From assembly GCA_964016885.1 (NCBI GenBank), contig OZ024765.1, forward strand, positions 22,444,001-22,508,000: a stretch of 64,000 bases of DNA, in the 5' to 3' direction. Below are positions 55,472-64,000 of this stretch, one piece after another (position 1 is the first letter of the stretch; every line of letters starts with the position of its first letter). Origin of the DNA: Eledone cirrhosa (Eukaryota). The translations under genes were made by a program, and so were the position numbers. The notes under the pieces were generated by a model. The model saw only the letters and a list, made by a program, of their open reading frames with translations. It made no database searches and was not told where the DNA came from.

Positions 55472-55559
55472 TATATATATATCTATATATGTATATATAT
55501 ATATAGAGAGAGAGAGAGACAGAGTGAGAGAGAGGAAGTGAGAAAGAGATATGGAGGAA

Positions 55560-55702
55560 GAATCAACCCCCAGTACTAAACTGGTATTTTTTTTATCGAC
55601 CTCGAAATGATGAAAGGCAAAGTTGACCTTGGCGGGATTTGAACTCAGAGAGCCGGAATACCTTAAAGCATTCTGTCCAACTTTCTAGCAACTCTGGCAG
55701 CT
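55560..55702 (-). mobile_element. Family 1-related SINE
   Basis: Minus B box and gcctttcatc domain. Confidence 0.65.
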
Positions 55703-56014
55703 ATTCTAGAATATTTACAGGATTCTAAATCTATGAAATTGTCTGCTAATCTACTTTTTTGTCAGGTATAACTGAGGTGAATTTGAGGTACTGGGCTACT
55801 GTTTCGAGCTGGTTGTGTGACCACTCAGAAGACACTGAACCTGTTGAAGATGTATATAAATATATAAATATATATATATATGCAGAGGTTATATTTAATT
55901 TGTTGGGATTCAACAAGCTTAAACATTTTATAACTGATATAAAGCACTCAACAGTTTAGTGGAGTAAATATTCAATATATTAATAAATGGAAACTATATT
56001 TATAAAACCATAAT

Positions 56015-56080
56015 TATTTTATTATATATATTTCAAGGGCAACCAAGGCAAATTATGGTGCGCTTTCATCAGATAAAATA
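56015..56080 (-). ncRNA. Minimal type I hammerhead in pLTR remnant (55882-56110)
   Basis: Minus: tattttat CTGATGA aagcgcacca...tggttgccctt GAAA TATATA TA ataaaata. Confidence 0.75.
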
Positions 56081-56294
56081 CAGATTTGTTTTATAAATAA
56101 ATATTGACATACCCGGAAAAAAGACAACCCTAACGGTTGGAGCTTCCTGGATAGTGGAGATAATCTTTTATTGAGGGTGATACAAAGTTATGAGTGAGTA
56201 TGCAAATGAGTGTCAGAAAAATTGAAAAAAACAACAGTTTATTTAAATTAAACTGTTGGAAGAAAGGAGATGTAAAAGGGAGAGAGAAATATAC

Positions 56295-56329
<35 letters not shown>

Positions 56330-56722
56330 AATATCAACAACATTAATAAATGGAAACTATTGCCACAAAACCATATTTACCTCACTATATATATTTCAAG
56401 GGTACCAACATTTTTGGTATGTTCTCATCAGATAAAATACAAAAGTTGTTTTACAGATAGTGACATATTCAAAACTAGAACTTAGCGTTTTGAATATGTC
56501 ACTATCTGTAAAACAACTTTTGTATTTTATCTGATGAGAGCATACCAAAAAATGTTGGTACCCTTGAAATATATATAGTGAGGTAAATATGGTTTTGTGG
56601 CGATAGTTTCCATTTATTAATGTTGTTGATATTATACTCCAGAAGAAAACTGTAGAGTGCTTCTAATCTGTTACAAACTAAATTTGTTGAATAACCAATA
56701 AATTAAATAACTCATTGCTTAT
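56330..56722 (+). mobile_element. pLTR hairpin with two hammerheads (56378-56439 minus, 56523-56585 plus)
   Basis: tattttat CTGATGA gagcataccaa...ttggtaccctt GAAA TATATA TA gtgaggta (stem I kept by G.U pairs). Confidence 0.8.
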
Positions 56723-56744
56723 GTATATAAATATATATATCTAT

Positions 56745-57242
56745 ACGGGGTAACAAATAATAGTTATATGCAGTCCACTTAGATGTAGTCCAGTTATGGT
56801 ACTCCGGGTAGTGGATGATATCAACGCTTGGCTAAGTTTGACTCAACAAGGCGTTTCCATAGTGATGCTGCGAGTACGCTGTAATTCCTATGTTGTAAAC
56901 ACTTGGAGTAATAATAAATCAGGAAAGAAGAGTGACACGGTTTGCTATACAAAAAAGGCTTTTAATCTCATTGCTGACAATTGTTTCTCTGAACTGGTAG
57001 GTCTAGAGATCGCTATCCGCTTATTTTCGCGTTACTCGATCGCCAATACAAAGTTATAACCAGTCAGTTCATCGGAGCTTGCGATGAACTGACTGGTTAT
57101 AACTTTGTATTGGTGATTGAGTAACGTGAAAATAAGCGGATAGCGATCTCTAGACCTACCAGTTCAGAGAAACAATTGTCAGCAATGAGATTAAAAACCT
57201 TTTTTGTATAGCAAACCATGTCACTCTTCTTTCCTGATTTAT
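56745..57242 (-). mobile_element. pLTR-like hairpin with degenerate hammerhead
   Basis: Palindrome 56914-57242; GAAA CAATTG TC agcaat as at 3451-3500, but no CUGANGA; tail on the left. Confidence 0.6.
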
Positions 57243-57289
57243 ATATATATATTTATATATATTTATTTATATATATATATTTATATATA

Positions 57290-57370
<81 letters not shown>

Positions 57371-57391
57371 GTATATAACTATATATATATA

Positions 57392-57570
57392 TCACCTTGA
57401 TCACCTTGACCGACCAGTCTGTCGGGCGTCCATTCGGCGCCGCTGGTCACAGCACGCCGTCCTTTCCTCTCTGGATCGTGATTTCTTCATCCATGTAGTC
57501 CCAATAGTATTCTTAAAATCGTAACTCCACCCTCGTGGAGGCCTTCCGTGTGGTCGTTTCCGAATCCCCA
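57392..57570 (-). mobile_element. RTE-type LINE 3' end
   Basis: KRPHGRPPRGWSYDF...TTWMK; ATCAAGGTG repeat tail. Confidence 0.65.
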
Positions 57571-57960
57571 GCATGGCCTCAGCCGGATGGCTGAAACAGG
57601 TAAAAGAGTATATATGTATCCACCCCACACACACCTCTTCCTGAACATGCAACCCCGTTCTTCCCCCAACCCTTGCTTTCACATACACACACACACACAC
57701 ACACACGTACACCTACACACACACACCACCTTCAGCCCTCCCCGCTCGGACACCCCGTCTCCCTCTCCCCACTCCATCCGCCACCACCCCTACACACCCC
57801 ACACCCTTCCACCACCTGTTTTACCCCATTTTAATTTTATTTTATTTTGATCATGCTTTTATTTTTAATTTCATTCGCACCGTTTCCTCCCACCCCTGTT
57901 CACTATATGTCTCTCCAACACTCCCCTACACACCCTTTGAACTCTCTTCCCACACACTTT

Positions 57961-58081
57961 TCACCTGAAGAAGGGCTTATGCCCGAAACGTCGTTCCCCA
58001 CCACCACCCCACTCTCCAGAGCGTGAAATTAATAAACATTCGTTGTACTGCCTCTCTGTTTTGTTCCTGTTCAAATTTTCC

Positions 58082-58085
<4 letters not shown>
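57961..58085 (+). mobile_element. Penelope-like pLTR fragment with hammerhead core
   Basis: CTGAAGA agggc-ttat-gccc GAAA CG TC, then AATAAA; stem I weak. Confidence 0.6.
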
Positions 58086-58134
<49 letters not shown>

Positions 58135-58621
58135 CAAAGAAGGTGTGGTAATGAACCAGCTGGACCTAAAGCACCAGAGTACTCAATACTTAGGGTAGTA
58201 GAGTGGGTAATAGGGAAAGAGTCAGGACCCCTGCCGTTTCGACAGTTAGATCCAAACTCATATATAAATGTAATTCATGGGAAAATAGAAAAACTCGACA
58301 TAAGGAAGCTGTTAAAACAGCAAAATGCTGTCAAAATGGCGTTTAATAAAACTTTCCTGACATTTGTACATTAGTCTATGTACTATACTTGCACTTTTGA
58401 TGAGTTGTAGTGCACCTGAGCACTGTACACAATAACTTCCATCCGGCGGGGTTGATAAAATAAAGTAGCAGTAATGTACTGGGTAATTGCTGGCCTTGTG
58501 CCAAAAGTAGAAACAATTATTATTATTACTATATCAAACATGAAACTAATATATTTCTTCATTGTACTGTGTTGGTTGCTTTGCTGTTTCTATTTACCTT
58601 TTGCATATATATATATTATCG

Positions 58622-59390
58622 TGTGCAGAGGATATATACAGACTGGAGAGGAACGAAGCTTGCATGCTCCGCTGGATGTGTAATAGTAATATACGTGAAC
58701 AGCAAAGCATAAATGAACTAAGTGAGAAATTAGGAATAAGAGGGATCAGATGCTGTTTACTCGAGAGAAGACTACGTTGGTATGGTCACGTGATGCGCAT
58801 GAAAGACGGCAGCTGTATAACAAAGTGCAGGGCGATCAAAATAGATGGAAGCTACAGAGTAGGCAGACCCAGAAAAACCTGGGACAACTTGATAAATTCC
58901 GACCTCACACACTTACACCTCTCCAAGACAATGTCACTGGACCGAGATCTTTGCCGCTACAGAGTCATACAGAAGACCCGCCTTGTCTCAGTACAAGGCG
59001 AAACCTACAGTCAGTAGGCACCTCCTAACCAAATATACACCCCATCCCACTACCCTTACCCCCACCCCCATCTACACCACCCCTTTCAATGTAAAGTTAT
59101 GTTTGTGCCACAACATCCAGTCCGAAACAAATGAGGTCGTGTAGGTGTCACGACAAATAAAACACACAGTCCACGCTGTAATGTGGCCGTGTAGGTAACA
59201 CGGTAAAAACCTCCCAGTCCACACTGTAAATGTGGTTGGTGTTAGGAAGGGCATCCAGCCGTAGAAAATCCGCCAGACAGTCCTATGCGAGCAAGACAAC
59301 CACTCTTGCCTCAAGTGGGAAAATTCCTGTCTAAACCCATGCAAGCGTGGAAGATAGATGTTAAACGGTGATGATGATGATGATGATCAT
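58622..59390 (+). mobile_element. RTE LINE 3' portion
   Basis: RLERNEACMLRWMC...RRLRWYGHVMRM...GRPRKTWD; 3' UTR and (GAT)n. Confidence 0.9.
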
Positions 59391-59998
59391 CACCATTTAA
59401 AGTCAATATATTTATATATATGTCATCATCATCATCATCGATTAATGTCCATCTTCCATGCTAGCATGGGTTAGACGGGTCCTATTTTGAGGTAAATTGT
59501 GTCGGGTGACCGTGTCTCGCTCAAATAGGGGTGTTTCTGGGTGGTTTTCTATGACTGGATGCACTTCCTAGCCCTAACCACATTTACAGTGTGGACTGGG
59601 TGCTTGTTGCCGTTTCTTTTACACGTCCACTTGTATATATATATATATATATAACAAACAAAGTGTGGTAAGGAACCAGGTGGACCATAACGCACCAGAG
59701 TACTCAATACTGGGAAGTAGAGTGGGTAATAGCTGCCGAAATGGCCAGAGCTCTGCCATCGGGGTCCTGACTCTTTTTCTATCAAAAATCACGAGCACTC
59801 TATCTCAAAATTATTTTTGAAAAGCATAAGAAATGTGCAACCGGTAAAAACTTAAATCAAAAACTGAATACTAACTAATACTTATTACTAACTAATACTT
59901 ATTCCTAATTAAACTATTTTTCACTGGGAAAAATTTGTCAGCATTTTCTTTTCTTTTTTACTAATATATCACAACTCGTGTGTCACACCTCTATTTTT

Positions 59999-60033
<35 letters not shown>

Positions 60034-60635
60034 TCAATACATAAACAGAGAAAGCCTTAAGCAATACTCCGACCAACTCCATCTCACTCAACAAACATTA
60101 GGATATACCTAAGTATTATCCCAGTTTAGTGTTTGGGCTGCTAACTATTCAGTATTTCGTGGATAGCTGGTTGTATTATTTTATATGAGACATTATTAAA
60201 TATCTCTTTCCTTCCAGACGATGGCTTCGTTATAAGATTTCTACAATTTGGGATAAATAATGTCCAGGTTATGTAGAAACTTGTATATAATCCATAGTTT
60301 TATACACAAGCGGACTCTTATAAACTCATCGGTGGATGCCCAAATAATATCGATATAAGAATTATATCGACATTAATAGAATGGACACACACACATATAT
60401 GCACAGCTGTGAGGTCAATTTTGGGGAGGGACTAGGCTGGTGTTTCTAGCAGGATGTGTGACTTCTCAGAAGACACTAGACCAGTTATTGGTGTAAACAC
60501 ACAAGCAGGTGAACATTCACGCATGAACGCACAGGAAAAATGACGGACAACGCCCACAATATACATACATGTATACACACGAATATACATGTATATCTAA
60601 GTATATATATGCCCATATACAAACACACACATACA

Positions 60636-60762
<127 letters not shown>

Positions 60763-61119
60763 ATATATATATACACACACACATATAGATAGATAGATAG
60801 AATTATATATATACATATGTGTATATATATATACACATATATATATATATATACACACACATATATATATATATATACATATAGATTCAGATATGTGTAC
60901 ATGCATGCATACACATATACCTACACACACATGCACATAGGTACATGTATATACATATATATATATATATACATACATGCATACACACTTGCACATACAT
61001 ACATTAATAAATACATCAATATATATATGTATATATAAATACATCAATATATACTTAAATAGAATACAAAGACTACGCCTCTGTAACGCAGTGTTACATT
61101 AGTATATATATACAAATTG

Positions 61120-61153
<34 letters not shown>

Positions 61154-61170
61154 TATATATACACATATAT

Positions 61171-62665
61171 AAAAATATGCCACTCTACCTGGCATTCGTT
61201 GATCTCGAGAAAGCCTTTGACAGAGTCCCCTGTGCTATAATCTGGTGGGTTCTTAGAAAACTAGGAGTAGATGAATGGCTTGTGAAAGCTGTACAAGCCA
61301 TGTATAGGGGAGCAGTCAGCAAAGTTAGGATTAGCAATGAGTATAGCGGGGAATTTAGCGTACAGGTTGGGGTCAACCAGGGCTCTGTTCTTAGCCCTCT
61401 CCTATTCATCATAGTCCTGCAGGCAATAACGGAGGAGTTTAAGACCGGATGCCCATGGGAACTCCTGTATGCTGATGACCTCGCACTTATAGCTGAATCT
61501 ATGGTAGAACTAGAGAAGAAATTCCAAACTTGGAAGCAGGGACTAGAAAGAAAGGGTCTCAAAGTCAACATGACAAAGACTAAGGTCCTTGTAAGTAGAC
61601 GAGAAAACAGAACCCAGATTCCCTCAGGGAAATGGCCTTGCTCATTATGTAGGAAAGGTGTAGGTAGGAACTCCATTCTCTGCCCCAAATGCAAACAATG
61701 GGTACACAAGAGATGTAGAGGGATCTCAGGAAGCTTAATTAAGAATGTAGGCTTCACATGCAGCAGCTGTGCTGGGAAAACAAACAGCAAACAGCCACAG
61801 AAAACAAGTACCACCAATCTCTGGGAGGCCTCTGTAGAAACAGTAGACAGCTTCTGCTACCTAGGTGACCGAATTAGCAGCGGAGGTGGGTGTTCGGAAA
61901 GTACAATAACTAGGGTAAGAACAGGATGGAAGAAGTTCAGGGAGCTACTGCCACTGCTAGCTGCAAAAAGGCTTCTCCCTCAAAATGAAAGGCAGACTGT
62001 ATGATGTGTGTATACGAACAGCAATGTTACATGGTAGTGAGACCTGGGCGCTGAAGGTGGAAGACTTACGTAGATTAGAGAGAAACGAAGCCTGCATGCT
62101 CCAATGGATGTGTAACAGTAATATACGCGAACGGCAAAGCATAAATGAATTGAGAGAGAGACTGAGCATAAGAGGAATCAAATGCTGTGTGCAGTAGTGG
62201 AGGTTGTGTTGGTATGGACATGTGAAGCGTATGAAGGATGACAGCTGCATAAAAAGGTGCAGAGCACTAGAAGTCGATGGATGAAGAAGACCTGGGATGA
62301 GGTGATAAAAGCCGACCTTACCCAATTACACCTCTCAAAGGCGATGACACACGACCGTGACCTCTGGCGTCACGCAGTAATTCAGAAGACCCGACCCCCC
62401 ATGGGTACAAGCTGAAGCATATAGACAATATGCCTCCACACCCACCCACTCTAAAGTGTAGGTGCCACGGAAAAAGCACCCAGCACTCACTGTAAATGAG
62501 GTTGGTGTTAGGAAGGGCATCCAGCTGTAGAAGTCAAGCCAAATCAGTTCCTGTATGAGCAAGGCATGGTCAACCAACCAGACACTGCCCACAACAGGAC
62601 AACCCATCTAACCCATGCTAGCGCGGAAGAACGGACGTAAAACGGTGATGATGATGATGATGATA
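61171..62665 (+). mobile_element. RTE LINE, 5'-truncated, RT plus PHD finger, decayed
   Basis: FVDLEKAFD, GVNQGSVLSP, YADD, C4HC3 finger 61633-61770, frameshift near 61965, stops, (GAT)n tail. Confidence 0.93.
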
Positions 62666-62674
62666 TATATATAC

Positions 62675-62703
<29 letters not shown>

Positions 62704-62705
<2 letters not shown>

Positions 62706-62885
62706 TAATATAGAAAAGCTTCTACAGGATTAGAACTGTTTCATTCGTGAGAAATCATCAGGAAGGTGACTGTCCAAGTAACATGGTATTTATACTTTTT
62801 CTGGTGGTTTATACTCTATTTATACTCTGCTTTGTATTGAGTACCTTCCTTACTGTGGTTACCCCCGATTGAGCCCGGGATAAAC
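62704..62885. mobile_element. Family D pLTR remnant with hammerhead (62719-62765, minus)
   Basis: Minus: cttc CTGATGA tttc-tcac-gaat GAAA CAG-ttctaatc-CTG TA gaag; tail on plus matches 36955-37015. Confidence 0.75.
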
Positions 62886-62897
62886 TTATCTTATGTG

Positions 62898-62939
<42 letters not shown>

Positions 62940-63198
62940 CATCGTTTAATGTCCATTTCCCATGCTTGCATGGGTCAAATGGGTCTTCCACGTCATGAGA
63001 CAAATCGGGCCAGATTTGGCCAGATTTGGCCACACCATATCTTGTTTAGATGGATCTGTAAATTTGGCTGAGTATTTTACAGTAGGATGCCCTTCCTAAC
63101 ACCAACCACATTTACAGTGTGGACTGGGAACCTTTTTACCGTGTTTCCTACACGACCACTTTACAGCGTGGAATGTGTTTTTTTTTGTATATATATAT

Positions 63199-63550
63199 AT
63201 ATAAGTTAAAACAATGAAATAAAAAAATCAAGTCATTAGAAATATACTTCACTGCTTTGCGATCGTTTCTAGGTGATGATAATACATCGTAACTATACTT
63301 CGTTATCGACCTATGTAACGAAGTATAGTTACGATGTATTATCATCACCTAGAAACGATCGTAAAGCAGTGAAGTATATTTCTAATGACTTGATTTCTTA
63401 TTTCATTGTTTTAACTTATATCATGACTCTGTTTTCCTTTTAATGTTTTATTGTTTTCCGGGATTTATTTTAACCTACAACATTTTCAACATATGGATTA
63501 CATTGAGTTCTTCATGCAGACTAGACCCCACAACTTACCGTGGATACCTC

Positions 63551-63556
<6 letters not shown>
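63199..63556 (+). mobile_element. pLTR-like hairpin with hammerhead 3' half
   Basis: Palindrome 63199-63421; GAAA CGATCG TA; tail with gactc...gagtt. Confidence 0.6.
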
Positions 63557-63599
<43 letters not shown>

Positions 63600-63601
<2 letters not shown>

Positions 63602-64000
63602 TAAGGCGGCCGGACCATCGGGAATAGTTGCTGAGATGCTGAAGGCATCAGGGGACGTAGGCACTAAACTGGTTGCACGCATAATCAATCAGGCTATATA
63701 TGGTGGTGTCATACCCAAAGACTGGTGCAGCAGTATTCTCATAAATTGCTACAAAGGTAAAGGGGATGCTTTGGAGAGGAGCAATTATAGGGGTATAAAA
63801 CTGATAGATCAGGTTATGAAAGTGGCAGAAAGGATTTTAGCACAACTAATTAGAGAAAGGGTCAAACTAGATGAGATGCAGTTTGGTTTTGTGCCTGGGA
63901 AGAGTACAACAGATGCCCTCTTCTTGGTGAGACAAATGCAAGAGAGGTTCTTAGAGAAGAATAAGCCACTATACTTGGCCTTTGTTGACCTAGAGAAGGC
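63600..64000 (+). mobile_element. RTE LINE RT fragment running off the window
   Basis: GKAAGPSGIVAEMLKASG...YRGIKL...FVDLEK, near-identical to the reverse complement of 18878-19277. Confidence 0.93.

Overview
Repeat-saturated, AT-rich animal DNA. The SINE/LINE repertoire and extreme (TA)n content suggest an octopus/cephalopod (inference). No intact host gene is visible; almost all ORF-track entries are microsatellite or satellite artefacts. Identifiable content: decayed RTE-clade LINEs (two families carry a C4HC3 PHD finger inside ORF2 just after the RT core), a CR1/L2-like 3' end, two internally deleted DD37D (maT) transposons, MITEs and two tRNA-derived SINE families. The main signal is RNA-level. 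I read about 30 type I hammerhead ribozyme motifs. Ten lie in a divergent array of apparently identical 310-bp, highly structured, non-coding units (21529-24675) flanked by a target-site duplication in (TA)n, which looks like a recent retrozyme (circular-RNA retroelement) insertion. The rest lie in short Penelope-like pLTR remnants from several families. These often form hairpins and share a conserved ACTC...GAGT tail helix that starts exactly where the inverted arm ends. Three large minisatellites (65, 56, 61 bp units) can be traced to slices of LINE ORF2 coding sequence. All folding and alignment was done by eye; coordinates may be off by a few bases.
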